Positions 17,373 to 31,231 of a stretch of DNA of 64,000 nucleotides are shown one piece after another; the first letter of the stretch is position 1; each line of letters starts with the position of its first letter. The stretch lies in assembly GCA_044222065.1 (NCBI GenBank), contig JBGAOA010000008.1:19229-83228 (forward strand), given 5' to 3'. A program made the translations under genes and the position numbers. The notes under the pieces were generated by a model. It was not told where the DNA came from and ran no database searches. It saw only the letters and a program-made list of their open reading frames with translations. The stretch comes from Candidatus Eiseniibacteriota bacterium. GTDB lineage: Bacteria; Eisenbacteria; RBG-16-71-46.

Positions 17373-18293
17373 TCAGCGCCCGAGCGTTGCGAGCGCCTCG
17401 ATCGCGATGCGCGCGGCTTCGGCGCCGGCGCGCGTCTGCGCCTCGCGCGTCGAGGCGCCGAGGTGCGGCAGCGCGAGCACGTTCGGAAGCGCGAGCAGCG
17501 GCGAGTCCGCCGGCGGCTCGCGCTCGAACACGTCGAGGCACGCGCCGCGAATCGTCCCGGCGACGAGCGCCTCGTGCAGCGCACGCTCGTCCACGGTGCC
17601 GCCGCGCGAGCAATTGACGACGATCGCGTCCTTCGGCAGGCGGGCGAGTTCCGCCGCGCCGATCATGCCGCGCGTCGCCTCGGTCAGCGGCACGTGCAGC
17701 GACAGCACGTTGCTCTCGGGAAGCAGCGCCTCGAGCGAGCGCGACTCCACGCGCTCGTACCCCGCCGGCCACGCGGCGAGCGCCGGATCGTGCGCGAGCA
17801 CGCGCAGGCCGAAGGCGTGCGCACGGTCGGCGACTTCGCGGCCGATGCGGCCGAAGCCGACGAGGCCGAGCGTACGGCCCGCGAGTTCGCGGCCGGCGAA
17901 GCGGCTCTTCTCCCAGCCGCCGCCGCGCGTGTCCGTCGCGGCCGCGACGACGTGGCGCTCGAACGCGAGCAACAGCGCGAAGACGAGTTCCGCGACCGAG
18001 ACCGCGTTCGCCGCCGGCGTGTTGAACACGCGGATGCCGAGGCGCTCGGCCGCGGCCGCGTCCACGTTGTCGAGTCCGGTCCCCGCGCGCACGACGACGC
18101 GCAGGGAGCCCGCGCGCTCGAGCACGTCGGCGGTCACCTTCGTCGCGCTGCGCACGAGCAGCGCGGCGCAGCCGTCGAGCGCCTCGACGAGCGCGTCGCC
18201 CGCGAGCCCGGTGCGCTCGACCGGCTCGTGCCCGGCCTCGCGCACGAGGCGCACGGCCGCGGCGTCGATGCGGTCCATCACGAGCACCTTCAC
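17373..18293 (-). CDS. serA: D-2-hydroxyacid dehydrogenase, short D-3-phosphoglycerate dehydrogenase-like
   Basis: VRSATKVT, RAGTGLDNVD, NAVSVAE, GFGRIG, NCSRGG, LDVFEREP, PHLGASTREAQ; no ACT domain. Confidence 0.8.
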   Translation of the reverse strand: MKVLVMDRIDAAAVRLVREAGHEPVERTGLAGDALVEALDGCAALLVRSATKVTADVLERAGSLRVVVRAGTGLDNVDAAAAERLGIRVFNTPAANAVSVAELVFALLLAFERHVVAAATDTRGGGWEKSRFAGRELAGRTLGLVGFGRIGREVADRAHAFGLRVLAHDPALAAWPAGYERVESRSLEALLPESNVLSLHVPLTEATRGMIGAAELARLPKDAIVVNCSRGGTVDERALHEALVAGTIRGACLDVFEREPPADSPLLALPNVLALPHLGASTREAQTRAGAEAARIAIEALATLGR

Positions 18294-18300
18294 GGCCGCC

Positions 18301-19389
18301 TCACGCCTTCGAACCGGCGAGCACCGCGCCGAGCGCGCCGATCACCGCGTGCACGTCGCCGAGGTCGTAGTGCCCCATGTGGCCGATGCGGAAGATGCGC
18401 CCCTTCAGCGCGTCCTGCCCGCCGGCGACGATCATGCCGTGCTCGTCGCGCAGCCGCTTCACGACCGACGACGCCTCGACGCCCGCCGGCGGCAGCAGCG
18501 CCGTGACCGCGTTGGACGGCCGCGCGGCGAACGTCGTGCATCCGAGCGCACGCGCGCCGGCGCGCGTCGCCTCGGCCACGCGCGCGTGCCGCGCGTGCAC
18601 GGCATCGAGGCCCTCCTCGCGAATCATCGCGAGCGCCTCGTCGAGCGCGAGCACGAGGCTCACGGGCGGCGTCCACGGCGTCTCGCCCACGGCGAGTCCC
18701 TTGCGCGCCTTCACGAGATCGAAGTAGAAGCGCGGCAGCCGCGCCCCCTCGATCGAGGCAGCGGCCGACGGCGCGAGGCTCACGGTCGCGAGGCCGGGCG
18801 GGATCATGAGCCCCTTCTGCGAACCGCACACGACGACGTCCACGCCCCACTCGTCCTGCGGCAGCGGGTGCACGGCGAGGCTCGTGATCGCATCCACGAC
18901 CAGCAGCGCGCCGTGCCGGTGAGCGATCTCCGCGAGCGCGCGCACGTCGTGGAGCGCGCCGGTCGACGTCTCGCTGTGCGTCGCGAACAGCGCGCGCGTC
19001 CCGGGCGACTTCGCGAGCGCCGCGTCGACCGCCGCGGGGTCCACCGACCGCCCCCACTCGACCGCCACGGTTTCGTGCGCGACGCCGTAGGCCGCGAGCA
19101 GCTTCGCCCAGCGCTCGCCGAACTTGCCGCCGAGCACGGCGAGGGCGCGATCACCCGGGGCGAGCAGGTTGACGACGGCGGCTTCCATCGCGCCCGTGCC
19201 GGATGCGCCGAGGACGAACACCTCGCCGGCCGTGCCGTGCAGCTCGCGCAGCGCCTGGGTGACGCGCAGCAGCGTCTGGCGGAAGGCCTCGGTGCGGTGG
19301 TGCGGCGGCGTGGCCGAGAGCGCGCGCAGGATGCGCGGCGGGATCTCGACGGGGCCGGGAGTGAACAGTCGGGTCTTGATCGGGGTCAT
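18301..19389 (-). CDS. Class V PLP aminotransferase (serine/alanine-glyoxylate type)
   Basis: LFTPGP, SGTGAMEAA, HSETSTG, VDAITSL, GSQKGLMIPPGL, FRIGHMG. Confidence 0.92.
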   Translation of the reverse strand: MTPIKTRLFTPGPVEIPPRILRALSATPPHHRTEAFRQTLLRVTQALRELHGTAGEVFVLGASGTGAMEAAVVNLLAPGDRALAVLGGKFGERWAKLLAAYGVAHETVAVEWGRSVDPAAVDAALAKSPGTRALFATHSETSTGALHDVRALAEIAHRHGALLVVDAITSLAVHPLPQDEWGVDVVVCGSQKGLMIPPGLATVSLAPSAAASIEGARLPRFYFDLVKARKGLAVGETPWTPPVSLVLALDEALAMIREEGLDAVHARHARVAEATRAGARALGCTTFAARPSNAVTALLPPAGVEASSVVKRLRDEHGMIVAGGQDALKGRIFRIGHMGHYDLGDVHAVIGALGAVLAGSKA

Positions 19390-19551
19390 CGGGCGCTCGG
19401 TCCTTCCGCGAGATCGGATCGCGCGCCGGAGCGGCGCGCGGGGCGGAGAGGATGCGTGCCCCGGGCCGGCACGGTCAACCGCAACGCGGCGCGCGCACCG
19501 CAAACGCGAGAGGCCGGAGCGTGCGCTCCGGCCTCCGCGTCGCCGAACGGC

Positions 19552-22053
<2,502 letters not shown>

Positions 22054-22265
22054 TCGTTTCCTCGTGGCCCCTGAGGCCGGGGCGGTGTGGGTCGTCGGGA
22101 GGCGGGCGCCCCGCGCTCCTCGAACGTCATCGGCCCGTCGCGCGGCAGAATACACCGCACGCCGGGAACTGCGAGCCCGCGATCGGCGGCGGCGAAGCGC
22201 GGATCCGGGTGGAAAGCGCGATCCCCGCGGGCCTCGAGGCCCGCGGGGATCGGTACGGACGGGAC

Positions 22266-23525
<1,260 letters not shown>

Positions 23526-23546
23526 GGCTCTCCCGCCGAGATGGGC

Positions 23547-24131
23547 TTACGAACGCTTCTGGAGGACTTCGTCGACCAGCCCGTACGACTTCGCTTCATC
23601 CGCCGACATGAAATTGTTGCGGTCGGTGTCCTTCTCGAGCTGCTCGAGCGAACGGCCGCTGTGCTTCGCGAGGATGCCGTTGAGCTGCGAGCGGATCTTG
23701 AGCATTTCCTTCGTGTAGATCTCGATGTCGGTCGCCTGACCCTGCGTGCCGCCGAGCGGCTGGTGGATCATGACGCGCGCGTTCGGGAGCGCCGAACGCT
23801 TCCCCGGCGCGCCGCCGGCGAGCAGCACCGCGCCCATGCTGGCGGCCTGACCGATGCAGAGCGTCGCCACGTCGGGCTTGATGAACTGCATCGTGTCGTA
23901 GATCGCGAGCCCGGCCGTGACGACCCCGCCGGGACTGTTGATGTACAGGTTGATGTCGCGATCCGGATCGTCGCCCTCGAGGAAGATCATCTGCGCCACG
24001 ATCACGTTCGCGAGGTGATCGTCGATCGCGTCCCCGATGAAGATGATGCGGTCCTTGAGGAGCCGCGAGTAGATGTCGTACGAACGCTCACCACGACCGG
24101 TCTGTTCGATGACGAAGGGAACGAGTCCCAT
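23547..24131 (-). CDS. clpP: ClpP protease subunit
   Basis: [34 protein letters not shown]. Confidence 0.98.
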   Translation of the reverse strand: MGLVPFVIEQTGRGERSYDIYSRLLKDRIIFIGDAIDDHLANVIVAQMIFLEGDDPDRDINLYINSPGGVVTAGLAIYDTMQFIKPDVATLCIGQAASMGAVLLAGGAPGKRSALPNARVMIHQPLGGTQGQATDIEIYTKEMLKIRSQLNGILAKHSGRSLEQLEKDTDRNNFMSADEAKSYGLVDEVLQKRS

Positions 24132-24223
24132 CTGATGCTCTCCCTGCGAGGAATCCGGAATCCGGGTCTCTCGGCTGCCTTCGAAGCCCCGATTGCTGCG
24201 TTGGCTCGGGTCCTCGAACGAGC

Positions 24224-25519
24224 CTAGCGTCCTGCCGGCACGACGAGGTTCGGCTCCGCCGACTCGGTCGTGAGGCTCGCGTGTTCGATGATCCAGTTCA
24301 GCGCCTTGCGCTCGAGCAACGACTCGGCGAGGCCCGTGCGGCGCTCCGCCGTCTGGTAGCGGGCCCGGACCCGGGCGGCCTGGCGGGGATCCGCCTGGCT
24401 CATCCGGTCGATTTCCGCCGCCACTTCGTCGTCCGACACGCTCAGGTTCTCCTGTCGTGCGACGCCGGCGAGCAGCAACTCGCGCTTCACCGACTTCTGC
24501 ACGCTCGGACGATAGTGCTTCGCGAGCTCCTCGCGCAGCTTCTCGTCCACCTCGCGACCTTCCGTCGCCTCGGAAATCACGCGGTCCAGCATCCAGTTCT
24601 CGAGACGCTCCGGCAGCTCGAATTCGTTGCCGGCGAGCAACTGCTCGGACGCGGCCGTCTCCAGCTCGCGCTGGATCCGGGTCGCCTCCTCGCCTTCGAG
24701 GTTCCGGCGCACACGGGTTTCGAGGTCCGCCAGCGACGTCAGCCGGAAGACCTCTCGGGCGAGGTTATCGTCCAGGTCGCGGAGCTTCTTTTCCTGGATT
24801 TTCCGGACCCGGATCGCATAGCGATGCGTTTTGCCCGCCAGCTCGGCGTTCCCGTACTCCGCCGGGTACGTGATCGCGATCGTGCGCTCTTGCCCTTCGG
24901 TGGCCCCGAGCAGGCCGTTCTCGAGGTCCGGCAGCATCTCGGGCGCCCCGAGCTGGACCCGGATGCCCTTCTGGCGGGTCGGCGTGAGGCGCCGGCCGTT
25001 GACGTCGAGCCGCACCGAGTCCATGAGCACGACGTCGCCGCGCTCGGCGGCGCGGTCCAGGTCCACGAACACGGCCGTGTCCTGCCGCAGGCCCTCGAGC
25101 ACGCGGGCGACGTCGGCGTCGCCGATCGGACGCTCGCGCTTCACGAGCTTCAGGTTCTTGTAGTTCTTCGCCTCGATCGCGGGGCGGACGTCCACCACGA
25201 CCTCGAAGCGGAGCGGCTGTCCGGGCGTGAAGCGCAGGTTGCGCACCATCGGCGGGATGACGGGATCGAGGTTCTGCCCCGCGACCGCCTCCCCCGTCGC
25301 CTCGGGCAGGTAGTGCTCGAGGAACTCCTGCTCGATGAACTCGGCGTACTGCGAGCGCACCATGTCGAGCGGGACCTTGCCCTTGCGGAAGCCGGGAAGC
25401 GATGCGCGGGAGGCGACGCGGCGCGCCACCTGATCGAGTCGCTGGGCGACGACGTCGGAGGGAACCTCGACGTCGAGCGTGTGCTGCCAGGAGCCGGAAT
25501 TGTGAGCCGTGACGTTCAT
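24224..25519 (-). CDS. tig: Trigger factor
   Basis: [10 protein letters not shown] ribosome-binding signature; position in tRNA-Leu-tig-clpP-clpX-lon. Confidence 0.93.
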   Translation of the reverse strand: MNVTAHNSGSWQHTLDVEVPSDVVAQRLDQVARRVASRASLPGFRKGKVPLDMVRSQYAEFIEQEFLEHYLPEATGEAVAGQNLDPVIPPMVRNLRFTPGQPLRFEVVVDVRPAIEAKNYKNLKLVKRERPIGDADVARVLEGLRQDTAVFVDLDRAAERGDVVLMDSVRLDVNGRRLTPTRQKGIRVQLGAPEMLPDLENGLLGATEGQERTIAITYPAEYGNAELAGKTHRYAIRVRKIQEKKLRDLDDNLAREVFRLTSLADLETRVRRNLEGEEATRIQRELETAASEQLLAGNEFELPERLENWMLDRVISEATEGREVDEKLREELAKHYRPSVQKSVKRELLLAGVARQENLSVSDDEVAAEIDRMSQADPRQAARVRARYQTAERRTGLAESLLERKALNWIIEHASLTTESAEPNLVVPAGR

Positions 25520-25562
25520 GAGGCGGCGTGGGTCTCCCTGATCACCGTGGGGAGGTTGGATG

Positions 25563-25644
25563 TGCGAGAGGGGGGATTTGAACCCCCACGAGTTTCCCCA
25601 CTGGAACCTAAATCCAGCGCGTCTGCCAGTTCCGCCACTCTCGC
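25563..25644 (-). tRNA. tRNA-Leu(UAG)
   Basis: GCGAGAGTGGCGGAACTGGCAGACGCGCTGGATTTAGGTTCCAGTGGGGAAACTCGTGGGGGTTCAAATCCCCCCTCTCGCA; long variable arm, anticodon TAG, CCA not encoded. Confidence 0.95.
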
Positions 25645-25847
25645 GAACGGAGTGCTCCCGCAATGCCCTGCGGGGGACGGAATCGCTCTGGACGCGGCGT
25701 GGCGCCGGACGATTTCAAATGAAGACGCGTCGCAGCGCGATCGGTCGTGTCGGTACGGAAAATCGCGGCGCAGTATAGCACAGCGTTCGCGAGCGCCCGG
25801 GACGGCCCCGGAGCCGGTCCGGGCGCTCGCACGATCGTCCGAACGCT

Positions 25848-27035
25848 TCAGAACGACTGCGACACGCTGACGACGACGCGATCGTCGTACGAACGCGGCT
25901 GGTCGGCGCGCTCGATCGAACGATGCGTCACGCCGAGGTCGATGCGCGTCGTGTCGAGCAGCCACGAGCCGCCGGCGGCGAGCACCGTCGCCCGCGACTC
26001 CGCGACGCCGCGCTCGATCTCGACGCCGCCGCCGAAGCGCGCCGACCACGGATCGCGCGAATCGTGGTAGTCGAGCCCGAGCTTCCACTCGGACGCGTCC
26101 CCGCTCGCGGCGGTGAAGCCCGCCGTAGGCGACAACATCGAGTAGACGAGGCGGTCCTCCCACGCCATCCCCGACCGTCCCCCGAGCGACGCGAGCGCCC
26201 GTGAGGCCTCCGTGAGCTGGAAGCGCACCGACACGCCGTACTCCCACGCGCTCGCGCGCACGACCGAGATCGGAACGTCTTCTTCGAGCACGAGGAGCGA
26301 CTGGTTTCGCCGGCCCTCGCACTCGAGTTCGGGGATCGCGCGGAAGCCGACGCCGACGTCGGCGCCGAGCGGGCCCTCGGGACCGATCCGCGAGCGCAGT
26401 CCGAGCGTGAAGCCGATCGCATCACCGGAGAATTCGGCGTGCTTCGTCCCCGCGGTCGGCGCGCCCGACGTCTCCTCGGTGTCGTATTCGTCGTCGCGCT
26501 GCGTCCACTCGATGCCGGCGCCGAGCCGGTGCCGTCCGCGCCCGTAAGACAGCGCGGCGCCCGCGCGCCGTTCGCGCACCGTGAACTGCGCGCTCACGGT
26601 CCCGGGATTGAGGAACGGATCGCCTTGCGAGAAGGCGTAGTCGCCGCGCTGCGTGACGGGCTGGTGCGCGTACGCCGCGAACCCCCAGCCGCGCCAGCCG
26701 CCGCGCACCGCGAGTCCCGCGCCGTCGAGGAACGCTGGCGTCTCGTCGAACTCACGGTTCGAGCGCGCGAGATCCTGTCGGCTGCCGTGCACGAGCGCGG
26801 GCGACACCTCGACCTCGTTGCGCGGCGCGATCGCGGGATTGTCGAACGGACCTTCGCCGAGCCAGCGGTCGGCGAGCGCGAGCCCCGCGCTCGTGGCGGA
26901 GGCCGGCTGCGTGAAGCCGCCCGGGAACGGGAACAGCGTGCTCGTGATCGGGGGCGGCGGCGCGGCGCTCGCGCCCGCGGCCCACAGGCACGCGAACGCG
27001 GCCGCGAGGGCGGGCGCGAAGTTGCGTCTCTTCAT
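25848..27035 (-). CDS. Putative outer-membrane beta-barrel, FadL/PorV-like N-terminal motif
   Basis: Signal peptide, SATSAGLALA...FDNPA near the N-terminus, amphipathic strands, C-terminal VSVSQSF. Confidence 0.6.
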   Translation of the reverse strand: MKRRNFAPALAAAFACLWAAGASAAPPPPITSTLFPFPGGFTQPASATSAGLALADRWLGEGPFDNPAIAPRNEVEVSPALVHGSRQDLARSNREFDETPAFLDGAGLAVRGGWRGWGFAAYAHQPVTQRGDYAFSQGDPFLNPGTVSAQFTVRERRAGAALSYGRGRHRLGAGIEWTQRDDEYDTEETSGAPTAGTKHAEFSGDAIGFTLGLRSRIGPEGPLGADVGVGFRAIPELECEGRRNQSLLVLEEDVPISVVRASAWEYGVSVRFQLTEASRALASLGGRSGMAWEDRLVYSMLSPTAGFTAASGDASEWKLGLDYHDSRDPWSARFGGGVEIERGVAESRATVLAAGGSWLLDTTRIDLGVTHRSIERADQPRSYDDRVVVSVSQSF

Positions 27036-28253
27036 TCAGGCTCCGTACTTGTCGAGACGCCCGGCGTTCGCGAGCAGTACCGCAATCAAGTCCTTGCTCG
27101 CAAGGGTTCCGAGGCCGCCGCCGCGACAATTCTTCTCGTGGAAGCGGTCGAATCCGTCCATGAAGCAGTTCGGCCCGTGGACGAGCGCCGGGATCGGGTG
27201 CCAGGAGTGCCCCTTCATGGGCACCGGCGTCGAATGGTCGCCGGTCACGCACAGCACCGTGGGCCCGAGTTCGAGCAGCTTCGGCAGCGCCGCGTCGGCC
27301 GACTCGATCACGGCGATCTTGGCGTCGAAGTTCCCGTCCTCCCCGGCCATGTCCGTGCCCTTGACGTGCAGGAAGAAGTAGTCGTGGTCCTTCCACAGCG
27401 TGGACGCCAGCGCGATCGCGTCCGCCGCGGTCTCCCCCGCCGGCACTTTCACGTCCATGCCGGCGAGCTGCGCGACGCCGCGATACATCGGGTACGCCGC
27501 GATCGCCGCCGCGCGCAGCTTGAAGCGCTCGCGGTAGCCCGCGAACGTCGGGCGCTCCGAGAGCCCGCGCATCATCGCGGCGTTCGCCGGCTTCTCGGCT
27601 GCGAGCGCCTGCGCCGCCGCGCGCGTCCAGGCGTTCACGACGCGCGCGGTCTTCGCGTGCGTCGGTCCGGCGGTCAGCGGCTTCGCATCCGGGATCGGCT
27701 TCCCCTCCTTGTGCGGATCGGCGTCGCTCACGTCGCCGCCGAGTCCCGCGCCACGGAACACCGCGACGAAGCGGTGGCCCTTCCCCGCCTGCAGCACGAC
27801 CTCGACGTCCTCGACGCGCCCGCACTTCCGCTTCAGGGTCTCGACGAGCGTCGCGCACGTTTCGCTCGCGATGCGGCCCGCGCGGCGATCCGTCACGATG
27901 CCGCCGCCGTCCACGGTGCAGAAGTTCGCGCGCGCGGCGACGTCGCCGGGCTTGAGTTCGATGCCGGCGCCGAGCGCCTCGAGCACGCCGCGCCCGACCT
28001 GCGTCGTCACCGGGTCGTAGCCGAACAGCCCGAGGTGGCCGGGACCGCTGCCCGGCGTGATCCCGGGCGACACCGGCGTGAGGCGGCCGAGGGCGCTCTT
28101 CGGCGCGAGGCGGTCGAGGTTCGGCGTCTTCGCCGCTTCGAGCGGCGTGCGGCCGCCGCGCTCGGCGTTCGGCAGGTCGCCGAGCCCGTCCAGCACGAGC
28201 AGCACGATCTTCGAATCGTTCTCGAGAACGAGGGATTCCAGCACGGAGGACAC
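27036..28253 (-). CDS. apgM: 2,3-BPG-independent phosphoglycerate mutase, ApgM type
   Basis: VLDGLGD, TPLEAAKTPNLD, PGSGPGHLGLFGYDP, HVKGTDMAGEDG, TGDHSTP, HSWHPIP; GTG start with AGGAG RBS. Confidence 0.92.
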   Translation of the reverse strand: MSSVLESLVLENDSKIVLLVLDGLGDLPNAERGGRTPLEAAKTPNLDRLAPKSALGRLTPVSPGITPGSGPGHLGLFGYDPVTTQVGRGVLEALGAGIELKPGDVAARANFCTVDGGGIVTDRRAGRIASETCATLVETLKRKCGRVEDVEVVLQAGKGHRFVAVFRGAGLGGDVSDADPHKEGKPIPDAKPLTAGPTHAKTARVVNAWTRAAAQALAAEKPANAAMMRGLSERPTFAGYRERFKLRAAAIAAYPMYRGVAQLAGMDVKVPAGETAADAIALASTLWKDHDYFFLHVKGTDMAGEDGNFDAKIAVIESADAALPKLLELGPTVLCVTGDHSTPVPMKGHSWHPIPALVHGPNCFMDGFDRFHEKNCRGGGLGTLASKDLIAVLLANAGRLDKYGA

Positions 28254-28332
28254 GGGATCGCTCCTGTTCGAGTGCGGTTGCGCGCGACGCGTGTCGCGCG
28301 GAGCGGACTCTAGAGGAAGCGCCCGCGCGCCG

Positions 28333-28869
28333 TCACGCCCCGAGGCCGTAGCGCTCGACGAGCAATGCATGGTGGTGCCGCTCGTGACCCGCGATGATCC
28401 ACGCGAGCGCGCGCACGCTCACCGGCTGGCCGCTCGCCGTGCCGCGCCGCAGCAGCGCGTCCGCGTCGAGCGCGCGAAACAGCGCGAGCGTCGCCGCGCG
28501 CACCGCGGCGAACTCGGCGGCGAGCGACTCGACCGGCCGCGCGTCGAAGCGTCCCGCCGGCACGTACGCGTTCTCGTCGAACCCGGCGAGCGGCGTCTCG
28601 TCGGCGCGCGCGATGCGCAGCGCGCGGTAGGCGAACACGCGCTCGGCGTCGCTCACGTGGCCGAGCACTTCCTTCACGCTCCACTTGCCGGGTGCGTAGC
28701 GATGCAGCGCGCGCGCGTCGTCGAGCCCGCGCACGAGCCGCAGCGTGTCCTCGGCCTGCGTCGCGAGGCTCGCGAGCGCATCGTCGTGCGGGACCTTCTC
28801 GATGTACTTGCCGTAGTACGGGGCGTACTCGCCGGCGGCAGGGCGGGCGATCGCGAGCGAATCGGGCAT
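28333..28869 (-). CDS. DinB family protein
   Basis: EYAPYYGKYI, RYAPGKWSVKEVLGHVSDAERVFAYRAL, IAGHERHH. Confidence 0.9.
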   Translation of the reverse strand: MPDSLAIARPAAGEYAPYYGKYIEKVPHDDALASLATQAEDTLRLVRGLDDARALHRYAPGKWSVKEVLGHVSDAERVFAYRALRIARADETPLAGFDENAYVPAGRFDARPVESLAAEFAAVRAATLALFRALDADALLRRGTASGQPVSVRALAWIIAGHERHHHALLVERYGLGA

Positions 28870-28998
28870 GCGTCCTCCGGAGTGGCGTGGCGGCGGCGCG
28901 GGCACGCTAGCAGAGTCGCGCGGCGCTTGTGGCGCTCCGCGCCATCTCCTAGGCTGCCGCGCGTCGTCGAAACCTCCTCCCACACCCGGAGCGTGCGC

Positions 28999-29865
28999 AT
29001 GGCGATCCAGAAAGTCGGCGTGGTGGGCTGCGGCCTGATGGGCAGCGGCATCGCGCAGGTGAGCGCCGCGGCGGGCTTCCCGACCGTGGTGCGCGAAGTG
29101 TCCCCGAACGCGCTCGAGAAGGGCCTCGGGATGATCCGCAAGTTCCTCGCGGGCGGCGTCGAGAAGGGCAAGCTCGCGCAGGCCGACATGGACCGCACGC
29201 TCGCGAACCTGTCGGGCACGACCGACCTCGGCGCGTTCGCCGACTGCGATCTCGTGATCGAGGCGATCGTCGAGCACCTGCCGGCGAAGAAGGAACTGCT
29301 CGGGACGCTCGACGCGCTCGTAAAGCCGGGCGCGGTCTTCGCGTCGAACACGTCCAGCCTCTCGATCACCGAGATGAGCACGTACGTGAAGCGCGCCGAT
29401 CGCTTCCTCGGTCTGCACTTCTTCAATCCCGTCCCGCTCATGAAGCTCGTCGAGGTCGTGAAGACGGTGCGCACGGACGCCGCGGCGGTCGCCGAGGCGA
29501 ACGCGTGGTGCCTCGCGATCGGGAAGACGGCGGTGAACTGCGGGGACTCGACCGGCTTCGTCGTGAACCGCCTGCTCGTCCCCTACATGCTCGACGCCGT
29601 GCGCGTGTTCTCGCAGGGGCTCGCGAGCCGCGACGACATCGACAACGCCATGAAGCTCGGCTGCGGCTATCCGATGGGTCCGCTGCTGCTCACGGACTAC
29701 GTCGGGCTCGACACGACGTACTACATCTCCGAGATCATGTTCGACGAGTTCAAGGAGCCGCGCTTCGCGGCGCCGCCGCTCCTGAAACGCATGGTGCTCG
29801 CCGGGATGCTCGGCCGGAAGAGCGGCCGCGGCTTCTACGACTGGTCCACGAACCCGCCGTCCTGA
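28999..29865 (+). CDS. hbd: 3-hydroxybutyryl-CoA / 3-hydroxyacyl-CoA dehydrogenase
   Basis: GCGLMGSGIAQ, ASNTSSL, GLHFFNPVP, GFVVNRLL, YPMGPL, GRKSGRGFY. Confidence 0.93.
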   Translation: MAIQKVGVVGCGLMGSGIAQVSAAAGFPTVVREVSPNALEKGLGMIRKFLAGGVEKGKLAQADMDRTLANLSGTTDLGAFADCDLVIEAIVEHLPAKKELLGTLDALVKPGAVFASNTSSLSITEMSTYVKRADRFLGLHFFNPVPLMKLVEVVKTVRTDAAAVAEANAWCLAIGKTAVNCGDSTGFVVNRLLVPYMLDAVRVFSQGLASRDDIDNAMKLGCGYPMGPLLLTDYVGLDTTYYISEIMFDEFKEPRFAAPPLLKRMVLAGMLGRKSGRGFYDWSTNPPS

Positions 29866-29891
29866 GCGTCCCTCCCGCGATCGGAGTCCGC

Positions 29892-30749
29892 ATGTCCCGC
29901 ACGAAACCCAGTCTTCGCCTCGCCGTGCTCGGCGCCGGGCAGCTCGGCGAGACGCTCGTCCGCGGCCTGCTCGAGGCGCGCCTCGTCGAAGGCGCGCACG
30001 TCGCCGTCACCGCGGCCCACCCGGAACGCGTGAGCGACCTCGAGCGCCGGCTCGGCGTGCGCGGCGCGCGCTCGAACGCGGCCGCCGTCCGCGGCGCCGA
30101 CGTCGTGCTGCTGTCGGTGAAGCCGCAGCAGGTCGTGCCGGTGCTGCGCGAAGCCGGTCCGAAGCTCGTCGCCGGACAGCTCCTGATCTCGGTCGCCTCG
30201 TCGGTCACGACGGACGTACTCGAGCGCCACGTCCGGCGCGGCGTCGCCGTCGTGCGCGCGATGCCGAACACGCCCGCGCTCGTGCGCCAGGGCATGACGG
30301 CGATCGCGGGCGGGCGGCACGCGAGCCCCGATCACCTGCGGCGCGCCGCGTCGCTGTTCGACGCCGTCGGGCGCACGGTCGTCGTGGACGAGCGCCACAT
30401 GGACGCGGTGACCGGACTCTCGGCGAGCGGGCCCGCGTTCCTCTACATCGTGATCGAGTCGCTCGCGGACGGGGGCGTGAAGGTCGGGCTGCCGCGCGAA
30501 ACGGCGACGCTGCTCGCGGCGCAGACCGTGCTCGGCTCGGGCGCGATGGTGCTCGAGACGCGCGAGCATCCCGCGCGCCTCAAGGACGCCGTGACGACGC
30601 CGAGCGGCACGACGATCGACGGCATCCTCGAGCTCGAGGACGGCGGCTTGCGCGTCGCGCTCATCAAGGCGGTCGTGCGCGCGACGCGGCGCGCGGGAGA
30701 GCGCACGCAGGAGCTGCTCGAGGGCGCGCGCGCGACGAAACGCCGATGA
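29892..30749 (+). CDS. proC: Pyrroline-5-carboxylate reductase
   Basis: GAGQLG, VKPQ, RAMPNTP, TGLSASGPAF, VTTPSGTT. Confidence 0.95.
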   Translation: MSRTKPSLRLAVLGAGQLGETLVRGLLEARLVEGAHVAVTAAHPERVSDLERRLGVRGARSNAAAVRGADVVLLSVKPQQVVPVLREAGPKLVAGQLLISVASSVTTDVLERHVRRGVAVVRAMPNTPALVRQGMTAIAGGRHASPDHLRRAASLFDAVGRTVVVDERHMDAVTGLSASGPAFLYIVIESLADGGVKVGLPRETATLLAAQTVLGSGAMVLETREHPARLKDAVTTPSGTTIDGILELEDGGLRVALIKAVVRATRRAGERTQELLEGARATKRR

Positions 30750-31231
30750 TCGCCGACCCCGAGCGGCGCGGCGCCTCGCTCGCCGAGTTCCACTTCGCGG
30801 TGTCGCCGCGGCTCTGGGACGAGATCGTCGCGAGCGGCGCGCTGAGCGCTCCGGCGCCCGCGGCCCGCGACGAATGGGAGTGCTTCGCGCTCTACGCGTG
30901 CGTGCGGGGTCTCGTCGCCGCGGGCGGCTTCAACCGCGAGACCGCGCGGGCCGTGGATGCGCTGCACGAAGCGGTGCTGACGCGCTGGGCCGCGGACGAC
31001 GAGGCGCGCTTCGACGAGCGCCGCGGGCGCGTGGCCGAGCGCTACGCGGAATACGGCGGCATCGGCGAGGCGGGCGGCGCCTCGGGTGCGGCGACCGTGA
31101 CCGCGCGTCTCGGCGCGGCGTGCGCCGCGCACCTCGCGAGCGCGCCGGCCGACGGGCTCGCGGAACTCGTCGGTGCGCTGCACGAGACGCTCGCCGAGGG
31201 CGCCGCCGAAGCCGTGAGGTGCGCCGAATGA
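30746..31231 (+). CDS. Hypothetical alpha-helical protein
   Basis: ATGA overlaps with both neighbours; plausible composition; no recognised motif. Confidence 0.65.
   Translation: MIADPERRGASLAEFHFAVSPRLWDEIVASGALSAPAPAARDEWECFALYACVRGLVAAGGFNRETARAVDALHEAVLTRWAADDEARFDERRGRVAERYAEYGGIGEAGGASGAATVTARLGAACAAHLASAPADGLAELVGALHETLAEGAAEAVRCAE

Noticed and set aside
25560..25563. tRNA-Leu lacking encoded CCA as a sign of pseudogenisation or integration
   Set aside because: The cloverleaf is intact, CCA is commonly added after transcription, and tRNA-Leu before tig is a standard arrangement.
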